This document shows positions 18,523-28,585 of a stretch of 64,000 nucleotides of DNA, in pieces (position 1 is the first letter of the stretch; each line of letters opens with the position of its first letter). The position numbers and the translations under genes are program-made. The notes beneath the pieces were generated by a model that worked only from the letters and a program-made list of their open reading frames with translations, did not search any database and had not been told where the DNA came from. This DNA comes from Sphingobacteriales bacterium (lineage in GTDB: Bacteria > Bacteroidota > Bacteroidia > Chitinophagales > Chitinophagaceae), in assembly GCA_037443285.1 (NCBI GenBank), contig JBBIOQ010000004.1:23681-87680 (forward strand), in the 5' to 3' direction.

Positions 18523-19878
18523 TTGCCACCTTTGCTTACGCAATTTGCAGCAAGGATGGAACCAATAAAACTCGGCCTTAAAGAGAATCTGAAGCAATTC
18601 TCATTATTGGTTATGGTGAATGGGTTCGTAGGTGGTGTGGTGGGGGCAGAGCGTTCCATTCTTGCGCCTATTGCAATGCATGATTTTGGCATTGCAGCCA
18701 AGAGTGGCATTCTTTCCTTCATCATCGTTTTTGGCGTTGCCAAAGCCATCAGCAACTACTACAATGGCCGGTTTTCCGACAGGTTTGGCAGAAGAAATAT
18801 GCTCATTGCAGGCTGGGTAGCAGCCATACCCGTTCCCTTCATTTTGATGTTCGCTACTAACTGGAACTGGATTGTTGCAGCCAACATTTTGCTCGGCATT
18901 AACCAGGGCCTGGCATGGAGCAGCACCGTAGTTATGAAGATTGACCTGGTGGGTGAAAAGCAACGTGGCTTTGCCATGGGCATCAATGAGTTTGCAGGGT
19001 ATATCGCTGTTGCCGTGGTGGCTTTTCTCACCGGATGGGTGGCATCGGTGTATGGCCTCAGACCTTATCCGTTCATCATTGTAGCTGTGCTTGTATTTCT
19101 TGGACTGGTGTTCAGTATATTTTTCATCAGGGAAACCAAACACCACGTGGCACTCGAAACCGCATCGAGCAAGACGCCCATGCTGAAAAACATTTTCTTC
19201 GATACCAGCTGGCGTAACCGCAACCTTGGCTCTGTAACACAAGCCGGTTTGGTAAACAACCTGAACGATGGTATGATGTGGGGATTGCTGCCTGTATTGC
19301 TTGCATCGCATGGGTTTTCCATAACGCAGATTGGCGTGGTAGCAGCTGTTTATCCTGCTGTGTGGGGCATTGGCCAATTGTTCACAGGAAAAATGGCAGA
19401 CCGTTTCTGCAAAAAAACAATGCTTTACACGGGCATGGCATTGCAGGCCATCGCCATCATCCCCATGGCGTGGTTGCACAGTTTTTACTTGTTTATTGTG
19501 TTGGCAGTTTTATTGGGTTGGGGCACTGCCATGGTTTATCCCACCTTTCTTGCCACAGTTGCTGAAAATACCCATCCAACTGATAGGGCAAAGAGCATCG
19601 GCGTTTTTCGATTTTGGCGCGACCTGGGCTACGCCATTGGAGCGGCTATCACAGGTATTATTGCCGACCTGTTCAGTATACCCGCGGCCATTGTAATTGT
19701 TGGGTTACTGACTTTGTTTTCCGCAGTGGTCATACGCTACAGGATGAATTGTGTGAACCAACTCCCAGTGTTAAAACGAACCAGGAATAAAGGAGCAGGC
19801 TTGAGGCCCGTTTCAATGCAGGCAGTTGCCTTTCTAAGGCATGGATTTTTTTCGCTCAGCGCATTATCTAAATTGTAA
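18523..19878 (+). CDS. MFS transporter
   Basis: 451 aa with about 12 TM helices. MFS loop motifs GRFSDRFGRRN (TM2-3) and GKMADRFCKK (TM8-9). Confidence 0.88.
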   Translation: MPPLLTQFAARMEPIKLGLKENLKQFSLLVMVNGFVGGVVGAERSILAPIAMHDFGIAAKSGILSFIIVFGVAKAISNYYNGRFSDRFGRRNMLIAGWVAAIPVPFILMFATNWNWIVAANILLGINQGLAWSSTVVMKIDLVGEKQRGFAMGINEFAGYIAVAVVAFLTGWVASVYGLRPYPFIIVAVLVFLGLVFSIFFIRETKHHVALETASSKTPMLKNIFFDTSWRNRNLGSVTQAGLVNNLNDGMMWGLLPVLLASHGFSITQIGVVAAVYPAVWGIGQLFTGKMADRFCKKTMLYTGMALQAIAIIPMAWLHSFYLFIVLAVLLGWGTAMVYPTFLATVAENTHPTDRAKSIGVFRFWRDLGYAIGAAITGIIADLFSIPAAIVIVGLLTLFSAVVIRYRMNCVNQLPVLKRTRNKGAGLRPVSMQAVAFLRHGFFSLSALSKL

Positions 19879-19887
19879 TTCCTGAAT

Positions 19888-20520
19888 ATGGATTCATTTG
19901 ACAGGCACAGCCATTGGGAGAAGATTTACACATCAAAGGAAACTGCAGATCTTAGTTGGTTTCAATCTTCACCGGTTACTTCCCTCAACCTTATTCGTTC
20001 CTGTAATTTGCCACCTGAGGCCAGCATTATCGATATTGGTGGTGGCGATAGCCTGCTGGTTGACCACCTGCTTGCCATGGGCTTTCAAAAAATAACGGTA
20101 CTCGATATTTCGGAAACAGCCATTGCAAAAACAAAGGCCCGTCTTGGCGAAAAGGCAGATATGGTGAATTGGATAGTTGCTGATGCAGCCGCCTTTCAGC
20201 CAACTGAACAATATGACCTGTGGCACGACCGTGCAGCATTTCATTTTCTTACCCAGGAAAAGGAAATACAACACTATTTACAAGCTGTTTGCAATGCAGT
20301 AAAACCCAACGGACACATGGTTATTGGAACTTTTTCGGAACAAGGTCCCTTAACATGCAGTGGCATTTCCATACAGCAATACAGCGAGGCATCCATGGCA
20401 AGGGTAATGCAACAGTGCTTTGAAAAAACTGATTGCAGGTATATTGACCACAAAACACCTGTTGGCATTTTGCAGAATTATATTTTCTGCAGTTTCAAAA
20501 AGCGTGATGCTGTAGCCTGA
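19888..20520 (+). CDS. Class I SAM-dependent methyltransferase
   Basis: 210 aa with motif I IIDIGGGDSLLVDHL. It starts 9 nt after the MFS gene, so co-transcription is likely. Confidence 0.85.
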   Translation: MDSFDRHSHWEKIYTSKETADLSWFQSSPVTSLNLIRSCNLPPEASIIDIGGGDSLLVDHLLAMGFQKITVLDISETAIAKTKARLGEKADMVNWIVADAAAFQPTEQYDLWHDRAAFHFLTQEKEIQHYLQAVCNAVKPNGHMVIGTFSEQGPLTCSGISIQQYSEASMARVMQQCFEKTDCRYIDHKTPVGILQNYIFCSFKKRDAVA

Positions 20521-20526
20521 TGCAAA

Positions 20527-20970
20527 TCAATGTTGCTTTGGATAACCTTTGTCAAGCCAATCGGCCTTGAGGCTGGTAGAAAGATTCAGCAATTTGTGGT
20601 TGGTGAAATGCATGGAGTTGAGTAGGTTAAATGCAGGCCTGATGTTGGGGCACCGTTCAAACGGGCAGCAGCCACAGTAAATTACTATACTCCTGCTGCG
20701 GTTTTCTTTTTCAAGCATCGCTTTCAGTTTGTCGAGGTTGCCGGAATTTCCTGCAGGCCCTGCGTCAACCGAACCTTTGATAAGTGCACCTGGCCCGATA
20801 CAGACAATCAATGGCAGGTCTTTTGCATTTGCGTCTATCATACCTGCAAGAGCTGCAGGCTGCATGAGTTGATTAGGCTTCCAGGGATCATTCTGTGCCT
20901 GGCCGCAGGAAGAATGAATGGTAAGTACTGCAAAAAACAACAAGGCAAGTGATGCAAAACGAACACGCAT
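20527..20970 (-). CDS. Secreted rhodanese-like domain protein
   Basis: Signal peptide MRVRFASLALLFFAVLTIHSSCGQ and a Cys-rich active-site-like loop, IVIYCGCCPFERCPN. Met18 of the listed ORF is preferred. Confidence 0.72.
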   Translation of the reverse strand: MRVRFASLALLFFAVLTIHSSCGQAQNDPWKPNQLMQPAALAGMIDANAKDLPLIVCIGPGALIKGSVDAGPAGNSGNLDKLKAMLEKENRSRSIVIYCGCCPFERCPNIRPAFNLLNSMHFTNHKLLNLSTSLKADWLDKGYPKQH

Positions 20971-21113
20971 GGCGAAAGATTGAATGGTTTTCCTGAATTG
21001 GTTGAAAGTCAAAAATAGCAATCCAGTTAATCGATTAAGGTGACAATGGTCTTACCGTGGCATAGGTGCATCCATTTCAAACTGCCGATACTGCTAACTT
21101 TGCCGCCCACATT

Positions 21114-22523
21114 ATGCGAAAGAAGAAGAATCAAATTGTGCGCAACCTGCTCATCACCAGTTATGCCGCCGAGGGCAAAAGCCTGGGAAAAACAGATGGC
21201 AAAGTGGTGTTTGTTGAACGTGCTGTGCCCGGCGATGTGGTGGATGTTTTACTTACTCGGAACAAAACAGATTGGGCCGAAGGCGTACCGGTTGAATTCA
21301 TTGAGTTTAGCAAAGACAGGGTGGAGCCCTTTTGCCGGCACTTTGGTGTATGTGGTGGTTGCCAGTGGCAAATGCTTCCATATGAAAAGCAATTGGCTTA
21401 CAAGCAACAACAGGTGTACGACCAATTGACAAGAATTGGCGGCGTGCCGCTAGAAAATCTGCTGCCGATTGTTGGATGCACGCAAACAGTAGGTTATCGA
21501 AACAAACTTGAATTCACTTTTGCCAACCGTCGTTACCTGAGCCGCGAGGAAATCAGTAATCCTGATGTGAGTGCCGAAGGATCCTTTGCCGGTTTTCATG
21601 CAAAAGGAGTGTTCGACAAAGTGGTGCACCTTGGCAAATGCCACCTTATGCAGGAGCCTGCCAATGAAATCCGCGATGTGCTGCGCAACAAAGCCATGGA
21701 ACTTGGCATGCCTTTTTACGATATCAAACAGCACCGGGGATGGATACGTGGCGTACAGTACAGGCTTTGCACCACCGGTGACCTGATGGTGAATGTGGTG
21801 CTGGGTTACGAAAGCGTTGAAATGCGGAGGCAACTATTGGATGATTTGCTGCAACAAGTGCCAGCCATAACCACTTTGTATTATACCATCAACAGCAAGC
21901 AAAACGACAGCATGTTTGGACTGGAACCACAATTGTATTTTGGCCAAACGCATGCCACAGAAATGCTGGAAGATTTCAGGTTCCTGATTGGCCCTAAGTC
22001 GTTTTTTCAAACGAACACCAAACAGGCCGAAGCACTTTACCATATCACCCGCGATTTTGCCGAACTAGATGGCAGCCAAAATGTGTACGACCTGTACTGC
22101 GGTACCGGCAGCATTGGCATTTTTGTGAGCAGGCAGGCTAAGAATGTAATTGGAGTGGAGTTGGTGGAGGAAGCTATTGCCGATGCAAAAGCGAATGCTG
22201 CACTCAACCAACTGGAACATACCACGTTTTACGCTGGTGATGTTATTGATATTTGCACCGATGATTTCTTTGCAGCCCATGGCCGACCCGATGTCATTAT
22301 CACTGATCCGCCACGAGCAGGCATGCATGAAAAGCTGGTGAAGAAGATACTGGAAATGGCGGCTCCGCTGGTAGTGTATGTGAGCTGCAACCCTGCAACG
22401 CAGGCCCGCGACATCAGGCTGCTGTCTGAAAAATATGAAGTGACCGAATCACAACCCGTTGATATGTTCCCGCATACGCATCATATAGAAAATGTGGTGC
22501 AACTGAAGTTGAAGAAACAGTAA
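21114..22523 (+). CDS. rlmD: 23S rRNA (uracil-C5)-methyltransferase RlmD/RumA family
   Basis: TRAM-like N-terminus, Fe-S cysteines CRHFGVCGGCQWQ, SAM motif DLYCGTGSIG and catalytic YVSCNPAT. Start at MRKKKNQ is preferred. Confidence 0.9.
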   Translation: MRKKKNQIVRNLLITSYAAEGKSLGKTDGKVVFVERAVPGDVVDVLLTRNKTDWAEGVPVEFIEFSKDRVEPFCRHFGVCGGCQWQMLPYEKQLAYKQQQVYDQLTRIGGVPLENLLPIVGCTQTVGYRNKLEFTFANRRYLSREEISNPDVSAEGSFAGFHAKGVFDKVVHLGKCHLMQEPANEIRDVLRNKAMELGMPFYDIKQHRGWIRGVQYRLCTTGDLMVNVVLGYESVEMRRQLLDDLLQQVPAITTLYYTINSKQNDSMFGLEPQLYFGQTHATEMLEDFRFLIGPKSFFQTNTKQAEALYHITRDFAELDGSQNVYDLYCGTGSIGIFVSRQAKNVIGVELVEEAIADAKANAALNQLEHTTFYAGDVIDICTDDFFAAHGRPDVIITDPPRAGMHEKLVKKILEMAAPLVVYVSCNPATQARDIRLLSEKYEVTESQPVDMFPHTHHIENVVQLKLKKQ

Positions 22524-22536
22524 AAGACTAAAACAA

Positions 22537-22570
22537 GAAACCACAACATACTTGGAAGTTGTTGTGGTTT
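22537..22570. terminator. Bidirectional terminator hairpin between convergent rlmD and the 148-aa gene
   Basis: GAAACCACAACA-tacttggaag-TTGTTGTGGTTT. The T-rich tail is on the minus-strand side (CTTGTTTTAGTCTTTT). Confidence 0.6.
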
Positions 22571-22600
22571 GCAGGCTGCAGTACCAACTGCTCAAAGCAA

Positions 22601-23047
22601 TCAGTCTACATACACTTCTTCGATGCGGCCGCTTTCAAAGCCTTTCCAGATTTGCATTTTCCCCTTCTTGTTCCTGGATTCAAAATACCAGGCGTGATCT
22701 TCATCGCTGTTCAGTTCAAAGGTTGAACTGATAGCCTGGCCATCCATCTTCTTTTCGACGGCCATTCGCAACTTGAGTGGAAAGTCTTTAAAATCCACAT
22801 CCTGTGTGGTGGCTACGTACTCGCCTTTGTCATTGAAAAAGGCATAGTAAGTTTCGCCATACATTTCAAAGGTCGCCCTCACCATGTTGTTGTACGTGGG
22901 CCTCCACATTACATTCTGGGCCTTGCTGTACAAGGCTTTCAGGTTTTCGGCAGCACGTGCGGTGAGTGTGTTGAATTTGGGAGCGGGGTCGGCTTGGGCA
23001 ACCAATGAACCGATGGCAATTGTGCCGGCTAAGATGAGTGTTTTCAT
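22601..23047 (-). CDS. Secreted hypothetical protein
   Basis: 148 aa with signal peptide MKTLILAGTIAIGSLVAQA and no catalytic motif I recognise. A PepSY/BLIP-like fold is only a guess. Confidence 0.6.
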   Translation of the reverse strand: MKTLILAGTIAIGSLVAQADPAPKFNTLTARAAENLKALYSKAQNVMWRPTYNNMVRATFEMYGETYYAFFNDKGEYVATTQDVDFKDFPLKLRMAVEKKMDGQAISSTFELNSDEDHAWYFESRNKKGKMQIWKGFESGRIEEVYVD

Positions 23048-23421
23048 GGCAATGAGATTTTAGTGTGTTTGATGGAATACGACAATAAAACTACCATGAT
23101 GCATACGGCAATCATAACCAGACTGTACAAGCGGCACTTCCAATTACATCGACTTTTATGAATGGCATTGCAGTATGCATTTTCATCTACGAAATGCATA
23201 GCTTAAAGTGCTGCAAAATGGCAACTGTAATTCCGTGTTAACGGAATATGAATTTTGCAAAAAGGCGCAAAGAAAAATGTTTTCAATGCACAGGAAATTA
23301 CAAGTGGTAATGAATGGCAATGAATGGAAAAGGAGTGCGCAAACCCGCATCATAATAAACAATGTAATTTTATAAATAAGGCACTTCAGCAGCTTCCATT
23401 TGTTTACACTTCAATGATCTC

Positions 23422-24018
23422 ATGAATTACCTGGCTCATGCACATTTTTCATTTGGCAACCCTGCCTGGATGGTAGGCAACCTGATCAGCGATTATGTGA
23501 AGGGGCGAAGCCAGTACGATTATCCGGCTGCCGTGCAGCAGGGCATCAGGTTGCACCGCGCCATCGATACTTTTACCGATGCTCATGCAGCTACAAAAAC
23601 AGCAAAGGAAATATTTCGACCGCAATACAGGTTGTATGCCGGCGCATTTATTGATGTGGTGTATGATCATTTTGTGGCAATTGACAAACAATTTTTTCCG
23701 TTGGAAAGCGACCTGTTTGAATTTTCGCAGGGAGTGTACAACAACCTGTATGATCATTTCCAGTTGCTGCCTCAAAAATTTCAGTTGATGTATCCCTACA
23801 TGCGTGATCAGAATTGGTTGTATAACTACCGTTTGCCATTTGGCATCGAAAAAAGCTTTGGGGGGCTTGTGCGCCGCAGCCGTTATCTCGATGATAGTAC
23901 AACAGCGTTTACATTGTTCCATGAGCATTATGCATTTCTTCAGGAATGCTACAATGATTTCATCATAGACCTTAATGAATACCTGCTGCAATGGAAATCA
24001 CAATTGGTCCTGCTGTAA
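23422..24018 (+). CDS. acpH: Acyl carrier protein phosphodiesterase
   Basis: 198 aa. The N-terminus MNYLAHAHFSF...GNLISDYVKG matches the characteristic AcpH start (MNFLAHLHLA...GNLLADFVRG in E. coli). Confidence 0.82.
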   Translation: MNYLAHAHFSFGNPAWMVGNLISDYVKGRSQYDYPAAVQQGIRLHRAIDTFTDAHAATKTAKEIFRPQYRLYAGAFIDVVYDHFVAIDKQFFPLESDLFEFSQGVYNNLYDHFQLLPQKFQLMYPYMRDQNWLYNYRLPFGIEKSFGGLVRRSRYLDDSTTAFTLFHEHYAFLQECYNDFIIDLNEYLLQWKSQLVLL

Positions 24019-24025
24019 AAAAGTA

Positions 24026-24054
24026 CAACCCGCCACTGTTCAGATGACGGGTTG
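24026..24054. terminator. Hairpin between convergent acpH and CoA-transferase genes
   Basis: CAACCCG-(15 nt)-CGGGTTG. The loop is large and there is no clean U-tract. Confidence 0.4.
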
Positions 24055-24076
24055 CTTATAAACCGCATAATTACAA

Positions 24077-25360
24077 TCAAAATCGCTTGAATCTTTCCCA
24101 GCATTCTTTGTCCAGCATTTCCCGGTCATCGGGGTGGGCAATGTTGATGAGTGCATGAGCCCTTTGACGAAGGTTTTTGCCAAACAGGTATGCAATACCA
24201 AATTCAGTAACCACGTAGTGGATGTGGCCACGTGTGGTAACCACGCCTGCTCCTGATTTGAGGAATGGTACGATGCGAGGCAAGCCCTTGGCCGTTCGGC
24301 TGGTAATGGCAATTATAGGTTTGCCTTTTTCACTTAGTGCTGCACCACGCATAAAGTCCATTTGGCCGCCTATACCACTGTATTGCCTGGTGCCAATGCT
24401 GTCGGCACACACCTGCCCGGTAATGTCCACTTCAATGGCACTGTTAATGGCAACAACACCCGGGTTGCGGCGGATAACATGCGGGTCGTTTACGTAATCA
24501 ATATCAAGGAATACAATGCTAGGGTTATCGTTGATGTAGCTGTAAAGTTTATTGGTGCCAACAGCAAAGGCAGTAACCGTTTTGTTGGGGTGAATTCTTT
24601 TAAACTTGTTGTTGATGACATCGTTTTCAATAAGCGGCATGATACCATCGCTGAACATTTCAGTGTGCACACCAAGATTCTTGTGGTTGTTCAGGCATTT
24701 CAATACGGCATCGGGTATGGTGCCAATGCCCATTTGAATGGTGCTGCCATCGTCTATCATTCCCGCAATGATTTCACCAATGCGCAGTTCATCAGGTCCT
24801 GTCTTTACTGAATAGTCTACTTCTATCAGCGGTTGCTCGTGCCATACCATATGATGGATGCGGCGAACATGAATCATGCCATCGCCATGTGTGCGGGGCA
24901 CATTGGGATTCACCTGTGCAATAATGCATTTGGCAGTGTTTACTGCAGTGCGGGCAATGTCGACAGATGCGCCAAGTGAGCAGTAACCATGATTGTCTGG
25001 CGGGGCAACCTGTATCAGTGCCACATCAATAGGGAGAACAGTTCTAAAGAGGTCCGGAATATCGCTGAGGAAAACAGGAATAAAATCGGCACGGCCCTCA
25101 TTGACAGCGGTGCGAACCCAGTCGCTCACAAACATGCAGTTGATATTGAAATGGCCGAGGTATTCGGGCTTGTCAATAGTAATATCGCCCTGAACGGTGA
25201 TGAATACAGTTTCTACATCGGTAAGCCTGTCTTTTTGTTTGGCAAGTTCACTCAGCAGGTAATGAGGGGTTTGTGCGCTGCCGTGAACGTATACGCGGTC
25301 ACCGCTTTTTATTGAGTGCAATGCTTCTTCGGCACTCACATAATTGAATGGAGGTAACAT
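24077..25360 (-). CDS. Acetyl-CoA hydrolase/transferase family protein (4-hydroxybutyrate/acetate CoA-transferase-like)
   Basis: 427 aa. Family blocks MGIGTIPDAVL and YSGIGGQMDFMRGA. Confidence 0.88.
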   Translation of the reverse strand: MLPPFNYVSAEEALHSIKSGDRVYVHGSAQTPHYLLSELAKQKDRLTDVETVFITVQGDITIDKPEYLGHFNINCMFVSDWVRTAVNEGRADFIPVFLSDIPDLFRTVLPIDVALIQVAPPDNHGYCSLGASVDIARTAVNTAKCIIAQVNPNVPRTHGDGMIHVRRIHHMVWHEQPLIEVDYSVKTGPDELRIGEIIAGMIDDGSTIQMGIGTIPDAVLKCLNNHKNLGVHTEMFSDGIMPLIENDVINNKFKRIHPNKTVTAFAVGTNKLYSYINDNPSIVFLDIDYVNDPHVIRRNPGVVAINSAIEVDITGQVCADSIGTRQYSGIGGQMDFMRGAALSEKGKPIIAITSRTAKGLPRIVPFLKSGAGVVTTRGHIHYVVTEFGIAYLFGKNLRQRAHALINIAHPDDREMLDKECWERFKRF

Positions 25361-25406
25361 TTGGCAAGTAATTTCGTTATGAGTGCAAATATCCTAGCCT
25401 TTATTT

Positions 25407-25988
25407 TTGATGAAAATGAGTTATATCATGATGCGGAGTTTCTTTTTTGTCTTACTATCTGCCTGCACACTTGCTGTTCATGCACAATTCCAGATTACTG
25501 AGCCCGACAAATCGCCTATGGACATGTCCTATTTCCCGCAGGGCTATCCCATTCTGAAGTTTCAAACCAAAACTGCACCCGACAAGCCAAAGGCTAGGGT
25601 TATTTACAGCAGGCCGCAAAAAAATGGCCGTATCATTTTTGGTGATGTGGTTAAGTACAACGAAGTATGGCGGCTTGGCGCCAATGAAAGCACGGAAATA
25701 GAATTTTTCAAAGATGTGACCATTGCAAAGAAGAAAGTGCTGAAAGGCCGTTACACATTGTACTGCATTCCGCAAAGCGATAAATGGACTATTATCCTGA
25801 ACAAAGATGTTGACTCGTGGGGGGCATTCAGTTATAAGAAGGATCTTGATGTTCTGCGTGCCGATGTGCCGGTAGCAGGTCTGGATGCCATTGTAGAATA
25901 CATGACCATTGTATTCGACAATTCCGGTAGCCTTGTAATGGCATGGGACAAAGTGAAAGCGGTGCTTCCCATTGTTTATTCCAAATAG
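25407..25988 (+). CDS. Secreted DUF2911-like protein
   Basis: 193 aa with a signal peptide. The pattern SPMDMSYFP...VIYSRPQKNGRIIFG...VWRLGANESTEI...GRYTLYCIP...W is as in DUF2911 proteins. Confidence 0.72.
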   Translation: MMKMSYIMMRSFFFVLLSACTLAVHAQFQITEPDKSPMDMSYFPQGYPILKFQTKTAPDKPKARVIYSRPQKNGRIIFGDVVKYNEVWRLGANESTEIEFFKDVTIAKKKVLKGRYTLYCIPQSDKWTIILNKDVDSWGAFSYKKDLDVLRADVPVAGLDAIVEYMTIVFDNSGSLVMAWDKVKAVLPIVYSK

Positions 25989-26005
25989 GATGTTATTGCT
26001 AATGC

Positions 26006-26770
26006 TTACCAGGGTTGGTTGGGGTGCCTGAAGTGGCCCCTGAACGAAGTATGGGGAGTAATATCAATAAAGTGCCCATCCTTCGGATTGAGAATGCCGC
26101 TGCGCCTTATCTGGCACCAGCTTTGGTGGCTGTCTTGCATGGTAATGAAAATCATGCCCAATACAAATACATACTGTTTGAGTGGCTGCAGTTGGTTAAT
26201 AAGTTCGCCCATGCGGAGGTCTGTTTCATCGAAGAGAATTTCGGTGGCTTCCATGAGCGGATTGGATGCTTGGGCAATGCGGTGATTGTGCTTTGCCAAC
26301 AGTTGGGCAATGAGGCCTTCTGAATTGTCGGTCGCCCATTGCTGTTTGCTTTCCTCATTGACGGTACAAATATTTTCGACAATATCTTCAATGGTGTGGC
26401 AGCAACTACAAAATTTGTTTCCGTGCAAATGCAGGTGTTTCAAAACGGGCCCTTCTTTTGTCAGCAAAATTTGTGGCCCGTACCAAAAGAGCAATGCCCC
26501 ATCGGCGGGCAGGCCAGCAGTTATCTGGCGCAATGCCTCTGTAGTAACAAAAGGAAATCCATCAATACCATCCAGCATTACAGGCCCCATCATTTCGCTG
26601 GTCGATGATGGAAATTCAATATGCGGCAGTTCTGAATTGCACAATGATGCAGCCAGCAGTATCTTATTGGAAGGAATGTAGTAATGCTCAAAAATGTAAT
26701 CAATCCAGCGATTCAGCACTTCATCAGCAGGCTTGGCATCGGGGTAGTATTGATGCAAAACTTCAAGCAT
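26006..26770 (-). CDS. Hypothetical protein with a His/Cys-rich segment
   Basis: 254 aa with no signal peptide. It contains HLHLHGNKFCSCCHT, a possible metal site. No family is assigned with confidence. Confidence 0.55.
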   Translation of the reverse strand: MLEVLHQYYPDAKPADEVLNRWIDYIFEHYYIPSNKILLAASLCNSELPHIEFPSSTSEMMGPVMLDGIDGFPFVTTEALRQITAGLPADGALLFWYGPQILLTKEGPVLKHLHLHGNKFCSCCHTIEDIVENICTVNEESKQQWATDNSEGLIAQLLAKHNHRIAQASNPLMEATEILFDETDLRMGELINQLQPLKQYVFVLGMIFITMQDSHQSWCQIRRSGILNPKDGHFIDITPHTSFRGHFRHPNQPW

Positions 26771-26878
26771 ATTAATTGGAAAGTTATGCTAAGGTAGTAA
26801 GCAGTCTGTAGTCAAAACCTGTCTGAGGTCATTAATCCAAATCAAGCATCTTTGTACACTTCAAAAAAAATAACTGTT

Positions 26879-28018
26879 ATGAAGCTTGCCACCAAAATCA
26901 TACATGCCGGCGCCGAACCTGATCCTTCTACTGGCGCTATAATGACGCCCATTTACCAGACCAGCACTTTTGTGCAGTCGGCTCCGGGCCAGCACAAAGG
27001 ATTTGAATATGCCCGCAGTCAAAATCCCACCCGCTTTGCATTGGAAGCTGCCTTTGCTGAAATTGAAAATGGAAAATATGGCCTGGCTTTCAGCAGTGGT
27101 GTAGCTGCAACTGATGCAGTGATTAAGCTGTTGCAACCCGGCGATGAGGTGATTTGCGCCAACGACATGTACGGCGGCACCTACCGGCTATTCACCAAAG
27201 TGTTTGAAAAATTTGGAATCGTTTTTCACTACGTGAATATGCAGGATGCCGAAAACATCAGGTCATTTATTAATTCCAACACCAAACTCATCTGGACCGA
27301 AACGCCCACCAACCCGCTGATGAACATTACCGACATTGCTGCGGTAAGTGCCATTGCCAAACAGCATCAAATTCTGTTATGCGTTGACAATACGTTTGCA
27401 TCGCCATACCTGCAAAACCCGCTCGACCTTGGCGCCGATATTGTCATGCACAGTGCTACCAAATACCTGGGTGGGCACAGTGATGTCATCCAGGGTTGCC
27501 TGGTGATGAACGATTCAGCCCTGCGTGACCAGTTGTATTTCATTCAGAAAAGTTGCGGAGCCGTGCCCGGGCCCATGGATTGCTTCCTGGTGTTGCGGGG
27601 CATCAAGACATTGCATGTTCGCATGCAGCGCCATTGTGAAAACGGGGAGAAGATTGCACATTGGCTTCGGCAGCATGAAAAGGTAGCCAAAGTATATTGG
27701 CCCGGTTTTGAAGACCATCCCAACCATGCCATTGCAAAAAAGCAAATGCGCGGCTACGGTGGTATGATAAGTTTTGAACTGAAAAATGACAGTGTAGATG
27801 AAGCCCGCCGTGTGCTGAGCAGCACGCATGTTTTTTCCCTGGCCGAAAGCCTGGGTGGTGTGGAAAGCCTTATCAATCATCCTGCAAGCATGACGCATGC
27901 CTCCATCCCCCGCGAGGAGCGCATCAGGAATGGTTTGAGCGATTCGCTCATACGCCTGAGTGTAGGTATTGAAGATGCCGACGACTTGATAGCCGACCTG
28001 GCTTTGGCAATTGGCTAA
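26879..28018 (+). CDS. PLP-dependent trans-sulfuration enzyme (cystathionine gamma-synthase/gamma-lyase/beta-lyase family)
   Basis: Start [11 protein letters not shown] and the PLP-lysine block [12 protein letters not shown], with Cys/Met-metabolism family length. The ATG at 26879 is preferred over the listed start. Confidence 0.9.
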   Translation: MKLATKIIHAGAEPDPSTGAIMTPIYQTSTFVQSAPGQHKGFEYARSQNPTRFALEAAFAEIENGKYGLAFSSGVAATDAVIKLLQPGDEVICANDMYGGTYRLFTKVFEKFGIVFHYVNMQDAENIRSFINSNTKLIWTETPTNPLMNITDIAAVSAIAKQHQILLCVDNTFASPYLQNPLDLGADIVMHSATKYLGGHSDVIQGCLVMNDSALRDQLYFIQKSCGAVPGPMDCFLVLRGIKTLHVRMQRHCENGEKIAHWLRQHEKVAKVYWPGFEDHPNHAIAKKQMRGYGGMISFELKNDSVDEARRVLSSTHVFSLAESLGGVESLINHPASMTHASIPREERIRNGLSDSLIRLSVGIEDADDLIADLALAIG

Positions 28019-28046
28019 ATCACCTGGCAACTGTAACATATTATAC

Positions 28047-28079
28047 ATGCCCGCTATCATAACGGGCATTTTTCTTTTT
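28047..28079 (+). terminator. Rho-independent terminator
   Basis: ATGCCCG-ctatcataa-CGGGCAT followed by TTTTTCTTTTT, 29 nt after the stop codon. Confidence 0.8.
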
Positions 28080-28095
28080 ATAAAAAAATTCGGCC

Positions 28096-28356
28096 ATGAA
28101 GTTGTTTATTGAAATCATCGGATGGATTGCATCCGTGCTCATCGTTGGAGCCTATTTTCTTAATATCCGCGGAAAATGGTCGGCGCAATCGGCAAAATAT
28201 ATTTGGTGCAACCTGGTGGGAGGAGCTTTTTTCATTGTCAACACAGCATATCATGGTGCTTATCCATCGGCAATTGTAAATGTGGTTTGGGTAATCATTG
28301 CCATGTTATCGCTCAGAAAACTGGCCATTGAAGGTGAAAACAAACGTCATTCATGA
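28096..28356 (+). CDS. Small three-TM membrane protein
   Basis: 86 aa with three hydrophobic helices. No PQ motif, so it is not an obvious SemiSWEET. Confidence 0.55.
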   Translation: MKLFIEIIGWIASVLIVGAYFLNIRGKWSAQSAKYIWCNLVGGAFFIVNTAYHGAYPSAIVNVVWVIIAMLSLRKLAIEGENKRHS

Positions 28357-28585
28357 ACTAAAATCGATCACTTTCGGAACATCAGAATTTCTGCACAGTC
28401 ATCCTGCATGGCGTCATTACTGCACTTCAAGGCACAAAAGCCGGAATATGTCTATTATGTTCACAAAATCGATGATGTAGGTCATGTTTTTTCTTGATAA
28501 CAATCACTCAATTTACTGACTGCGGGCATGATACTACCGGATTGCTTGCAGTTAGCTTTACACCTGAAATAAAGGCCCACAGTTT

